A DNA stretch of 33,515 nucleotides from a virus (taxonomy: Duplodnaviria; Caudoviricetes): positions 1 to 33,515 of the IMG/VR virus record IMGVR_UViG_3300017565_000035. One strand, written 5' to 3'. The translations under genes were made by a program, and so were the position numbers. The notes under the pieces were generated by a model, which ran no database searches, was not told the DNA's origin, and saw only the letters and a list, made by a program, of their open reading frames with translations. Below are positions 1 to 8,321 of this stretch, piece by piece. Every line of letters starts with the position of its first letter. Within the stretch, counting starts at the first letter, position 1.

Positions 1-23
1 AAAATTTCAGGGAAATAGCAAGG

Positions 24-116
24 TGGCGGAGACGGAGGGATTCGAACCCTCGGTACCGGATTTACCAGTACGACGGTTTAGCAAACCGTTGGTTTCAGCC
101 ACTCACCCACGTCTCC
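24..116 (-). tRNA. tRNA-Ser(GCT), class II with long variable arm and encoded CCA
   Basis: Reverse complement reads GGAGACG...TGGCTGAAA...TTGCTAA anticodon loop...long variable arm...GGTTCGAATCC...CGTCTCC-GCCA. Confidence 0.97.
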
Positions 117-126
117 GCACGCGGTT

Positions 127-155
127 CCCCTAGGGTTTGGCCGGAAACCTGTCAA
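127..155 (-). promoter_or_regulatory. Sigma70-type promoter of the tRNA-Ser
   Basis: Perfect TTGACA (155-150), 17-bp spacer, TAGGGG (132-127), about 10 nt before the tRNA 5' end. Confidence 0.65.
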
Positions 156-196
156 CGCCGAAAACGCGAAACGCGCAGGAAGTATCGGTTTGTGTC

Positions 197-239
197 GCTA
201 CATAGGGGGCTACAATATGTTCCCCTTATGGACCCTACA
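197..239. repeat. Short direct repeats GCTACA/GCTACA/CCTACA with an imperfect inverted repeat (CATAGGGG...CCCCTTATG); possible integrase arm or att sites
   Basis: Repeats at 197, 209 and 234, between the tRNA promoter and the first phage ORF. Confidence 0.35.
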
Positions 240-291
240 ATTCGGGCGACGAATCCGCTGGCACGGACCGCCGCCCTGAGCATGAACGAAA

Positions 292-579
292 GTGAGCTTC
301 GCTATGCCTGACATGAATAATGGACGCTCGGAATCTGCGACGCAAGGCGATGGGTGGAAACCCATCAAGACCGCTCCGTGGCAAACGGTGATCGAGGTTC
401 GCAACCCGATCATGGACGAACCGTGCCTCGCCACCCGTGGTTATTGCCACAACGGCATGGTCCACCCCGATACGACCTTTTGCACGTCGGTTTACACGCC
501 GCACCGATTCTTCCCGACGCCCGCGGGTAATCTCGTCTGCCCGACGGAGTGGCGAATACCGCTGGAGCCTTCGGCATGA
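292..579 (+). CDS. Phage early protein, DUF551-like
   Basis: WKPIKTAP...PTEW motif pattern; ATGA overlap with the next gene; start uncertain (292 or 304). Confidence 0.65.
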   Translation: MSFAMPDMNNGRSESATQGDGWKPIKTAPWQTVIEVRNPIMDEPCLATRGYCHNGMVHPDTTFCTSVYTPHRFFPTPAGNLVCPTEWRIPLEPSA

Positions 580-842
580 CCCCTCCCAACCCCACAGCAT
601 CGAGACATACGCCGGGGCCTATATCCACAGAGACGGGGTGGCGGGAATGGCCCGGTGGCAAATGTCCTGTCCCGTTCGATACGCCAGTCGAAGTGCGCCA
701 TAGGTCTGGCGAGGAATCCGGCTCTTACATGGCCTGCTATGGCAATGATGCGCGCGCGGGCTGCTGGGCGTGGCTTCACTGCAACGATCCGGGCGACATT
801 GTTGCCTACCGGCTTCTCCCCACCCAAGGAATCACCCAATGA
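576..842 (+). CDS. Phage hypothetical protein (W..W.GG.CPV...VEVR.R.G...DIVAYR family)
   Basis: ATGA-coupled at both ends; motif pattern common in small phage early proteins. Confidence 0.7.
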   Translation: MTPPNPTASRHTPGPISTETGWREWPGGKCPVPFDTPVEVRHRSGEESGSYMACYGNDARAGCWAWLHCNDPGDIVAYRLLPTQGITQ

Positions 843-1189
843 GCAATAACGTAGTGGCGATCAATCGCGACAGCGCCGATCCTTGGCCGGCGCTCAACAC
901 GTTCACATGGAACATGGCGGCAGCAAAGCGCTTCGGCTTTTCCCCATCGACTGAATTGCACCTGATAGAGCAGCTTGTCCGCAAAGAGGTGAGCGTCGTC
1001 TACTACACGAACATGGGCGGTGGTGTTCTCGCGATCGTCGCCAGCAACATGCCCGAACTTTTCGACGATGATGATTTTGAGACAGCAGCCTTTGCGCTCA
1101 CGCGATTACAGCGGAGGTTCAAGCGGAAATCTTCGCATCGGGAGATGATTGCCGATGACATCGGACTGAAAGGCCATCCCCATGAATAG
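839..1189 (+). CDS. Phage hypothetical protein
   Basis: AAGGA RBS and ATGA overlap; starts MSNNVVAINRD. Confidence 0.7.
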   Translation: MSNNVVAINRDSADPWPALNTFTWNMAAAKRFGFSPSTELHLIEQLVRKEVSVVYYTNMGGGVLAIVASNMPELFDDDDFETAAFALTRLQRRFKRKSSHREMIADDIGLKGHPHE

Positions 1190-1481
1190 CATAGAGCAGG
1201 AACAATGGGCCTTTGCGCGCGCGGTAGCCGACAGCGATGCGGTGCTGCGCGTGTATGCTGCGCCTGAGTTCGACGAGATGGGCGACGACGGCAAGGAGTG
1301 GATTCGCGCGCTTGTTGTAGAGGCCCGCCGCACCGCACAGGCTGAGCTTGTGGAATTGCTCGGCGAGGCCTTCGACTTCCTTGGCGGTTGCGATGGCGCC
1401 GCGGAACTTCGCGGGAAACTGCTCGCCACCCTCTCCAAATACCGCACGGACGCCACGAAAGGAAAAGCTAATGGCGGATGA
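1182..1481 (+). CDS. Phage hypothetical protein
   Basis: AAAGG RBS; overlapping operon chain. Confidence 0.7.
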   Translation: MNSIEQEQWAFARAVADSDAVLRVYAAPEFDEMGDDGKEWIRALVVEARRTAQAELVELLGEAFDFLGGCDGAAELRGKLLATLSKYRTDATKGKANGG

Positions 1482-1827
1482 TCTGGTAGAGCGGCTGCGA
1501 GTATATCACCGGTTCCTGAATGGCGAGACTGCCATAAATGAGGCATGGTTCGGTGACGTTGCGGACGGTGAGCGCGGTCGCTTCTGGTGGCGCAAATATC
1601 TGCGGATCAATGAAGCCGCCGATGCCATCGAAACCCTACGCGCCGAGAACGCCCGCCTTACCGAAGAGAATGAGAGGTTGAGGGAGGCGCTGGAGAACGC
1701 GATCCAAGACCTTCGCGATATGCCGTTGTCGAATATGGGCGGTCGCTTGTTGCGGTGGAACAAATGGACGCTGGAGAGGCTCCGCGCCGCCCTATCCTCT
1801 ATCATGAAGCAGAGCGATGGACGCTGA
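1471..1827 (+). CDS. Phage coiled-coil hypothetical protein (Ead/Ea22-like architecture)
   Basis: MADDLVERLR...EAADAIETLRAENARLTEENERLREAL; AAAGGA RBS. Confidence 0.75.
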   Translation: MADDLVERLRVYHRFLNGETAINEAWFGDVADGERGRFWWRKYLRINEAADAIETLRAENARLTEENERLREALENAIQDLRDMPLSNMGGRLLRWNKWTLERLRAALSSIMKQSDGR

Positions 1828-2020
1828 GACGATTGCCAAGGGGCTGAGCGATGTTCAGCGAGAAAGAATAATGAGCGTCAATCCTGACGATGTTGATCGT
1901 TTCCACTATCGCCCCTTCGAGGGCCGATCTAAAGGCTTGTTCAACATCGCGCCCGGATGGCAACGCTTGGAATTGTCGCCGCTTGGCCGAGAGGTCCGCG
2001 CTATCCTAAAGGGGGAATGA
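1817..2020 (+). CDS. Phage hypothetical protein, possibly winged-helix-like
   Basis: Overlaps both neighbours; LS..QR...LSPLGREV pattern. Confidence 0.65.
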   Translation: MDAETIAKGLSDVQRERIMSVNPDDVDRFHYRPFEGRSKGLFNIAPGWQRLELSPLGREVRAILKGE

Positions 2021-2154
2021 TGAAACCGTGGCCTGATCCCCGAGACGACAAGCCGGTGGCGCGCTGGCCCTTCTGGTTCGTCGGCGCGACCATTGCCGCG
2101 ATGATGCTGGGCAATTTACTGAACGGCCTCAGCGGGCGCGGGTGGAACTGGTAA
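2017..2154 (+). CDS. Small single-pass membrane protein (45 aa)
   Basis: GGGGG RBS, ATGA overlap; hydrophobic WPFWFVGATIAAMMLGNLL. Confidence 0.6.
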   Translation: MMKPWPDPRDDKPVARWPFWFVGATIAAMMLGNLLNGLSGRGWNW

Positions 2155-2162
2155 TCGAATCA

Positions 2163-2191
2163 TTGCGAACTAAATGAGAACATAGCACCAT
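2163..2191 (+). promoter_or_regulatory. Alphaproteobacterial LexA (SOS) box GAAC-N7-GAAC (2167-2181) inside a TTGCGA-N17-CACCAT promoter
   Basis: GAACtaaatgaGAAC lies in a 43-bp intergenic gap; the ATG is 7 nt after the putative -10. Confidence 0.8.
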
Positions 2192-2197
2192 CATGGC

Positions 2198-2506
2198 ATG
2201 GGCGTTCGCAATATCAGGAACATCGGCTGGGCGCCGACCATCGGCAAGATGCTGGACGATGGGGTCAAGGTCTATGCCGCCTGCTCGCGGTGCAAATGCC
2301 AGAAGGCGGTCAACCTCGTCAATCTGATCGAGGTGAAGGGCCGCGACTATTCGCTGTTCAATCGGCGGGTGAGGCGGTGCAAGATGCTGCCAGGGTGCAA
2401 GGGCTACAACTATTTCTGCACCGATCGCTGGGGAGGGATCATCACGCCGTTCCGGGATGAGGCGACGGGCCTCAGGTGGCTGTCCGAGCCGAGACGGGAA
2501 GATTGA
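2198..2506 (+). CDS. SOS-regulated small Zn-finger protein (CxxC...Cx5C); candidate antirepressor
   Basis: CSRC...RCKMLPGC cysteine pairs; stand-alone gene downstream of a LexA box; function is inferred. Confidence 0.75.
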   Translation: MGVRNIRNIGWAPTIGKMLDDGVKVYAACSRCKCQKAVNLVNLIEVKGRDYSLFNRRVRRCKMLPGCKGYNYFCTDRWGGIITPFRDEATGLRWLSEPRRED

Positions 2507-2562
2507 CGGCGACCCCGCTGGTTACGGGTCAACAGGATCGCCGCCTCCCGCTGGGCGGGAAC

Positions 2563-2847
2563 TCAATCGGGACAGCGCACCGTAGAGCCATGCTTGCGAG
2601 CCCAGCGGCAGATGCGGCCGACTGCGAACCAGCCCCGCTCGCCCCATGCCTCCACGTCGCTGTTATAGCGCGCCTCAGCGTCAGCATCGATGACGATCGC
2701 GTCAGTCGGGACTGGTTTCGCTTCCACCACCAAGTCCGGCGCAGGCGGCAATGCGGCTCGTATCCCGTCCCGCTTGTCGCAGGCGCTCGCACCCAAGACG
2801 AACGGCAGCGTCAGAAGGGCGCCCAGGTGCAGCTTTCGCAATTTCAT
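2563..2847 (-). CDS. o-spanin (Rz1-like lipoprotein)
   Basis: Signal peptide with lipobox GASA-C, Pro-rich mature part, overlaps the Rz 3' half in another frame, AAGGA RBS. Confidence 0.85.
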   Translation of the reverse strand: MKLRKLHLGALLTLPFVLGASACDKRDGIRAALPPAPDLVVEAKPVPTDAIVIDADAEARYNSDVEAWGERGWFAVGRICRWARKHGSTVRCPD

Positions 2848-3115
2848 CGTCTCGTCCTTTCTTGGCAGCGTCGATCGACAGCACATCTTCGGATCGGCGC
2901 TCGCTCGCTTCCTCTTTCGCCTTCGTGTCGGTGCGGAGCGTCTTGTCGGTAACCGCAGCGTCGTGGCGCTCGATCAAGTTCCGGTCATAGGTGCACTTGG
3001 CTACACTCAGGGCGATGATGATCAGCAAGGCGATGATCGCCCATGCGCCAGCCTTCGCCAGCCGGTTGCCGACGATTGAGGACGCGAGCTTGATCAGGAG
3101 CAGGGGCGGCATCAC
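2702..3115 (-). CDS. i-spanin (Rz-like)
   Basis: N-terminal TM, helical charged periplasmic domain, C-terminal Cys; located in the lysis cassette. Confidence 0.85.
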   Translation of the reverse strand: MMPPLLLIKLASSIVGNRLAKAGAWAIIALLIIIALSVAKCTYDRNLIERHDAAVTDKTLRTDTKAKEEASERRSEDVLSIDAAKKGRDDEIAKAAPGRPSDAAVRLGCERLRQAGRDTSRIAACAGLGGGSETSPD

Positions 3116-3210
3116 TCGCCCTTCCTGATCCCGTAGACGATCACCGCGCCCAAGACGCAGGCGATCAGGACAGCCGCCGAGGGCCAGCCCATGTGGAGGA
3201 GTTCATGCAT
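3112..3210 (-). CDS. 32-aa single-TM peptide (MHELLHMGWPSAAVLIACVLGAVIVYGIRKGE)
   Basis: Translated by hand, below the ORF-track cutoff; fills the gap and overlaps both neighbours. Confidence 0.6.
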   Translation of the reverse strand: MHELLHMGWPSAAVLIACVLGAVIVYGIRKGE

Positions 3211-3463
3211 TGACCCGATCCCCTTCGATAGTCGGCCGCTCGTTGCTGGTTTTCGTCCATGCGACGGCAGTCCGATCCTCGGGAAAATGATCGTCCGCGA
3301 GGCGTTTCAGGGCGGCGTGGGCGGCCCATTGCTCAGGATCAGCGTCCAGCCGAACAACCGCTTCGGCGAAGCGCGTGATCGCGTCGGTGTAGTGGAAGGC
3401 ATCAAAATGCAGGGTGGTCGTCTCCTCGCCATTCGCGCCATATGTCAATTCGTATGTGGTCAT
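3203..3463 (-). CDS. Hypothetical soluble protein within the lysis cassette
   Basis: AAAGGA RBS then ATG (MTTYELTYG...). Confidence 0.7.
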   Translation of the reverse strand: MTTYELTYGANGEETTTLHFDAFHYTDAITRFAEAVVRLDADPEQWAAHAALKRLADDHFPEDRTAVAWTKTSNERPTIEGDRVNA

Positions 3464-3476
3464 TGTCCGCTTCCTT

Positions 3477-3773
3477 TCATGCCGAGCATTTCCACGATCC
3501 CGACGATTGCGACGACAGCCAGCGGCTCCGGCAGACCGCGTAGGCGATGATCGCCGCATCGGCCGCGAGGAAGTGCCAGCCGGCCTCCACGTCCTTGAGC
3601 GCGTTCGCGAGCAGCGCCGGGGACAGGAGGGCCAGCGCCATCCCGAGGATCCATTCGCAGAACCCGTGCCAGCGCCCCCGCATGGCAATGACCTTCGGCA
3701 TGTTGCTGTGCCACGTCACCAGCGCCATCGCGCCCGATGCGAGCGCCAGCGCAAATTGTATCGAAGCATTCAT
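3477..3773 (-). CDS. 3-TM membrane protein (holin/antiholin-like)
   Basis: GGGAGG RBS, ATGA overlap, three hydrophobic segments. Confidence 0.7.
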   Translation of the reverse strand: MNASIQFALALASGAMALVTWHSNMPKVIAMRGRWHGFCEWILGMALALLSPALLANALKDVEAGWHFLAADAAIIAYAVCRSRWLSSQSSGSWKCSA

Positions 3774-4153
3774 TCCCGGCCTCCCGGTAGCTTGATGCCC
3801 CCAGGCAGTTTTGCGAGCCAATCCTTGAGCCCGCCGCCGAACGCGACGAACCCCTCGGCCAGTGATTGCGAGAGCCCCCCGGCGATAGCCATCTGAGGCT
3901 GAAGCCCGAGCGAGCCCCATAGCCAGACGCCCGCCGTCGCTCCGTGCATCCCCGCCGCCAGCACGGCGAAGAAGCCGCCCGCGAACAGCGACAGGAGGAT
4001 GCCCTTGCGCGTCTCCGCCCCCCGGAAGGAACGCACGGCATAGGCGGCGCCCAGCGCGAGCAGCATCCCACCCGTAAAGGCAGGGACAGGCGCCGCGACC
4101 CCAAGCGCGAGCAGGATGGCCGCGAGGATGGCGTTGATCTCTTGCCCGGTCAC
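3770..4153 (-). CDS. Putative holin (multi-TM)
   Basis: Several Gly/Ala-rich TM segments directly after the endolysin; GTGA overlap (alternative start 4162). Confidence 0.7.
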   Translation of the reverse strand: MTGQEINAILAAILLALGVAAPVPAFTGGMLLALGAAYAVRSFRGAETRKGILLSLFAGGFFAVLAAGMHGATAGVWLWGSLGLQPQMAIAGGLSQSLAEGFVAFGGGLKDWLAKLPGGIKLPGGRE

Positions 4154-4734
4154 GTCAGCCACCCTTTCACTTTCGCCAGATGCGCCTTGCGGTCATCGAG
4201 CCCATTCGTTCCGCCGTTGATGGATTTCGTGATCGCCAGCACATTGTCGTGATCGGCGAAGGTGTTGAGCCCGTTCACCCGCCAATATTCGAGCGCAAGG
4301 TGCAGGCCGATCGAAGGGAGCGCCGCGATCTCGGGATGGCGCTCAAGGTCGATACCGAGCCGCTTGCCATAACGGCGATAGTTGGCCCGTCCGGTGATCT
4401 GGATCGGCCCGCGCCCCTTGAACAGCTTGCCGTCGCCCGGCTGGACATTCCCGAGGTCCTTGCGCCCCTCGTAAGCCTGCCCGCTGGCGATTTCCTCCAT
4501 GTAGCGGAAGGAGCCGCTTTCATGGATGAGCTGGGCAAGGAAGTGCGCGAGGCGAAGGCCGCTTTCCATGATGCCATAATCGGCAAACCAGCGGTTGGCG
4601 CAGATAGCCATTTCCTGCGCGCGGTCGAGAGTGGCCCCGCACTTTCGGAACAGCGCCGTATAGGTCGCGGGGCCGGGGATGCCGTCTGCGGGGACGCCGA
4701 GCACGGTTTGCAGATTGCGGACGTCGATCATCAC
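4150..4734 (-). CDS. Endolysin, glycoside hydrolase family 19 with short N-terminal peptidoglycan-binding motif
   Basis: DGIPGPAT; HFLAQLIHESG; FKGRGPIQITGRANY; ITKSINGGTNGLDDR. Confidence 0.93.
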   Translation of the reverse strand: MMIDVRNLQTVLGVPADGIPGPATYTALFRKCGATLDRAQEMAICANRWFADYGIMESGLRLAHFLAQLIHESGSFRYMEEIASGQAYEGRKDLGNVQPGDGKLFKGRGPIQITGRANYRRYGKRLGIDLERHPEIAALPSIGLHLALEYWRVNGLNTFADHDNVLAITKSINGGTNGLDDRKAHLAKVKGWLT

Positions 4735-4780
4735 CAGCCCCCTTCCTGAGTGTGGAGTTCGGATTGGGAGGTCATGGCGC

Positions 4781-6907
4781 TCACCCCACCAACGCGACGA
4801 AGCCGCCGTCGCCCGTCTTGGACAGGGTTACGGTCTGCGTGCCGGGGTCGATCGTGATGTCGCAATTGGCGCTGGAGCAGATGATCTGCACGCGCTTCCC
4901 AACCAAGTCGGCGCGGATCGGGATGGAATAGCTGGCTTGCGATCCCGCTGCCCACCAATTCCATTCGAACTGCCCGCCACCCAGCGCAGCGGGGAAGTTG
5001 ATGTCCGCCTCGGTATCGAAGGCAGGGTCTATCCACCCGTAGAACGCGATATATTTCCTCACGTCACCGGCCGACACGGATTCGCCGGCGCGAACGACCG
5101 AATAGGATTTGTTCGGCGCGCTCAGTAAGTGGGAGAGACCGGGATCACCGTCGGCAGTCCATCCGGCAATGCGCGAGCGCGCCATGACGAACTTGCGCAG
5201 CCAGTTCCCGCCGCTATCCTTCACCCCATAGGCCTGAACCCATGCCGGACGCTTGACGCTATCCGTCCACCAACTCGCGTCCTGCCAGACTGGCGCATCG
5301 TGGTAATATTCCAGCACATTCGAGCTGATGTTCTGGAAGCTGCTGAAATCGAGCGGCGTCCCGCCCGAATGCGTCGCCCCAGCCGCGCATGATTTCGTCC
5401 CCGGAACTATGAACCAGAGCGTTTCCCCCACGCTAGAGCGAGCATTGATCTGCTGCCACTGCATCGGCCACGAAAAGGTGCAGACATGATCCTGGAGCGC
5501 GGTCACCTGATATTCGACTCGCGCCGACCATGCGTCATCGATCCAGCGGACGGAGAACTCCAACTGCATGGGAAGCGATGGATCGTTGTAGTTGAAATCG
5601 TCGCTCGACCCGACATCGGCTTCGATAGCGTTCAGGACTTCGGCGGCGTTCGGGACCTGATAGACGACCTCCTGAATGCGTTGCTTTGCAACGAAGACAC
5701 CATTGCTCTCCAACTCCCGGCCGCCCTCGAACCAGACGCGCTGCGACAGGATATTGGTCGCGGGCCAGAGTTGCCCCTGTGTGGATGCGGTGATGACGAT
5801 ATCCCCGGTCTCGCTTCCCCCCGAGACATGGGTTGCGGTGCCCGTGGGTGCCGTCGTGGTCGCGATCGACCATTCATTGGTCGTGCCGGTGTTCAGGCGC
5901 GTCAGGAACAGACGGTTGGCGTCGTATCGCATCGTCAGCAGATAGGTGACGCTGCTAAGCAGCCAGCGGGAGCCCCGCGCAGCATTGGTCTTTCCATGCC
6001 CGTTGGCCGTGACGAAGCTCGACACGATCCCATGCACGCCAGCCAGATACATGCCGTTGATCCGATAGGCGGGATGGCAATCGCTCTGGACGGCGTAGGT
6101 CGTCGCATTGGCGCCGGTGTTCGAGAGGGCGGCGGAAAAGGCGCCGGGGGTGGCAGGCGCCGAAACCGTGTCCGCGATCTCGCAAACGGAGAAGAAGTTG
6201 TAGCAGTTGTTGTAGTCGTGGCTCTCGGGGCTGTTGGCCGTGCGCGTGACCATATGCTTGCCGGTCTGCCATCGGCGGCGCGTATAGGTGCTATATCCCT
6301 GAACAGCGCAGATGAACTCGTCGTCTGCAAAAACCGGGGGTGTCGTGATCTCTTCGCTCGTCCCCGGCGCGCCGGGATCGCTCAGGCAGTTCGCCGTCGC
6401 GGTCGAGTTGACCATGACGTTGAGCGCGAGTTCATCTTCCGCGCCGGTGGGGATGATGTTCGTCGACGCATAGATCAGGGATGGAATCCCCTGCGCCCAT
6501 TTGAGGTTGGTCCCGAAATGGGTTGCGGTCGCCGGGATGGACCCCGAGACGCAGGAAAGGGTCCGAACGTCGCTCGAAAGCGTGACGCCGGTTGTCACCG
6601 AACCACTGGGAGCGAGCGTCCCTGAACTGGCAACCGAAGAGGTGTAGAAGTTGATCCGCGCGGCGTTGAAAATCCAATTCGGTGCCGAGGCCGAAATGGA
6701 CAGCGAAAACCCGTTCGACCGCATCGCGTCGGTAATGGGCATCAGGCCGGAGGTGAGGAAGGCTTGGAGCGCGCCCGTCGCCCCATTGTTGTTGTAGAGC
6801 GTGTCGCGCAGCATCCCGTCGCCGGGAAGCGCGAAATGGTTGGTGACATTATCGCCGGGGTCTGGGGCTAGCGCCACTGCGGGAGAGAGGAGGGCCAGCC
6901 TCGTCAC
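4781..6907 (-). CDS. Tail spike / receptor-binding protein (putative)
   Basis: 708 aa, Ser/Thr/Gly/aromatic-rich and beta-type; last gene of the tail module. Confidence 0.65.
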   Translation of the reverse strand: MTRLALLSPAVALAPDPGDNVTNHFALPGDGMLRDTLYNNNGATGALQAFLTSGLMPITDAMRSNGFSLSISASAPNWIFNAARINFYTSSVASSGTLAPSGSVTTGVTLSSDVRTLSCVSGSIPATATHFGTNLKWAQGIPSLIYASTNIIPTGAEDELALNVMVNSTATANCLSDPGAPGTSEEITTPPVFADDEFICAVQGYSTYTRRRWQTGKHMVTRTANSPESHDYNNCYNFFSVCEIADTVSAPATPGAFSAALSNTGANATTYAVQSDCHPAYRINGMYLAGVHGIVSSFVTANGHGKTNAARGSRWLLSSVTYLLTMRYDANRLFLTRLNTGTTNEWSIATTTAPTGTATHVSGGSETGDIVITASTQGQLWPATNILSQRVWFEGGRELESNGVFVAKQRIQEVVYQVPNAAEVLNAIEADVGSSDDFNYNDPSLPMQLEFSVRWIDDAWSARVEYQVTALQDHVCTFSWPMQWQQINARSSVGETLWFIVPGTKSCAAGATHSGGTPLDFSSFQNISSNVLEYYHDAPVWQDASWWTDSVKRPAWVQAYGVKDSGGNWLRKFVMARSRIAGWTADGDPGLSHLLSAPNKSYSVVRAGESVSAGDVRKYIAFYGWIDPAFDTEADINFPAALGGGQFEWNWWAAGSQASYSIPIRADLVGKRVQIICSSANCDITIDPGTQTVTLSKTGDGGFVALVG

Positions 6908-7509
6908 GCAGTCTGTCCCTCAAGATTATATTGATCGGCGCCAGTGGTGTAGAGGGTCAGCCTCGCGAGGCGGGCTTGCGTCGAAAACTGGCTATCCTTG
7001 TTTTCAACGGTCGCGCCGCTCCCCGCTATCGTGACCTGCCCAAGACCGAGTTGCAAAATGGAGCAGATGAAATTGTCGGTCAGCCCAGCGGGAACCGTCA
7101 CGGCAACACTGGTTGCGGCGGTGAAGCGGAGCAACTTTCCATTGTCTGCGTCGGTCAGAGAGTAGCTCGTCGCGGCCACATCCGTAGCATTCGCGCCGCC
7201 AACCGCATCGACAAAATCTTGGACGGTCCCGCCCCCGGAGAGGCCGATCAGAGACGCTCCAGTCGTTCCCGCCAAAACGGCCCCCGACAATCCGAGAGCC
7301 GCGATCGCCTGAGCCACTCGGATGGGCGTCATCGCCTTGTTATTGACGATCCCGGCTTCCGCTTCGGCTTGGGAGGCTACCGGAAATCCGGCGGCGACAA
7401 CCTGAACGGGCGTGGCCTTTTCCACCGTCGATCCATTGTCGATGATGATGGCCACAACAGACGAAACCGAGGATGCCGCCGGTAGCTCGCGGGGAAGAAC
7501 GTTCGCCAT
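6904..7509 (-). CDS. Tail fibre/spike anchor protein
   Basis: ASQAEAEAG..NNKAMTP repeat motif, GASLIG...TVQD knot, C-terminal TSYSLTDADNGK beta domain. Confidence 0.8.
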   Translation of the reverse strand: MANVLPRELPAASSVSSVVAIIIDNGSTVEKATPVQVVAAGFPVASQAEAEAGIVNNKAMTPIRVAQAIAALGLSGAVLAGTTGASLIGLSGGGTVQDFVDAVGGANATDVAATSYSLTDADNGKLLRFTAATSVAVTVPAGLTDNFICSILQLGLGQVTIAGSGATVENKDSQFSTQARLARLTLYTTGADQYNLEGQTA

Positions 7510-8321
7510 TAGCTGCTGCTCGCTTTGATGATCTTGTTCAAGATGATGGTGGGCTGGACGTTTGCGTGCGCTTGCCCACCGCCGGCGCTGTCAGCCGTGC
7601 CAGAGAGGGTATGCGTGTGCGCGCCTGCGCTGCCGGTTACGCCGCTTCCGTTGTCAGGAGCCGTGCCGACGCCGCTGGTGCTCACCGTTTGCGGCGTGTC
7701 CGCCACGTCAACAGTATGGGAGTGAGCGCCCGCCGAACTGGTCGAGCCCGAAACCGTGTGGGTGTGCGCGGGCATGGTATCGGTCGAGAGTGCGACCGTT
7801 TCCGTTCCGCCCGCGGCACCAAGGATCTGGCTATTCGGGCTACTGAGCCGTCCTGCATAGCCGCCGGAATCGACATCGAGGCCCGCGACCACGCGCCCGC
7901 GAAGATCGGGCAGGTTGAAGGTGGAGGCTGAGGCCGATCCGAAAGCCGTTCCCACGATCGCGAACAGCTCGGGATAGCCTGTGCGGCTGAGCGATTGCCC
8001 CGCACAGACGAGCCAGCCCGTAGGTGCCGTGGCATTGGGCCAGTCCATCATCGAACCAACCGGAACCCCGCTGGCGCCGCTGATCTGCGAAACCGTCGCC
8101 ACGTCTGTGGGCTGGGTTCCTGGCGCGACGTTGCGCACTTTGAAGCCACCCATATCGAGGTTTGAGCGCATCCCCCCTCGCCCGTCACGCGACAGGCTGT
8201 CGGACACTGCCTGTGCGAGATCGGTCAGCGGCGGATTGTGCTGCGAGGGCACGATATCCTCGCCGACGTTGACGAGCGAACCACTGGGGAGGCTATAGGC
8301 GCCATCGGAAGCGCGGGGCAT
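7509..8321 (-). CDS. Tail fibre protein with phage tail collar domain
   Basis: PVGS...APTGWLVCAGQ...YPELFA...TFNLPDLRGR; H-x-H repeats; N-terminal SLSRDG head-binding segment. Confidence 0.9.
   Translation of the reverse strand: MPRASDGAYSLPSGSLVNVGEDIVPSQHNPPLTDLAQAVSDSLSRDGRGGMRSNLDMGGFKVRNVAPGTQPTDVATVSQISGASGVPVGSMMDWPNATAPTGWLVCAGQSLSRTGYPELFAIVGTAFGSASASTFNLPDLRGRVVAGLDVDSGGYAGRLSSPNSQILGAAGGTETVALSTDTMPAHTHTVSGSTSSAGAHSHTVDVADTPQTVSTSGVGTAPDNGSGVTGSAGAHTHTLSGTADSAGGGQAHANVQPTIILNKIIKASSS

Noticed and set aside
4781-8321. Diversity-generating retroelement or invertible tail cassette
   Set aside because: No reverse transcriptase, invertase or duplicated template region noticed in the window.
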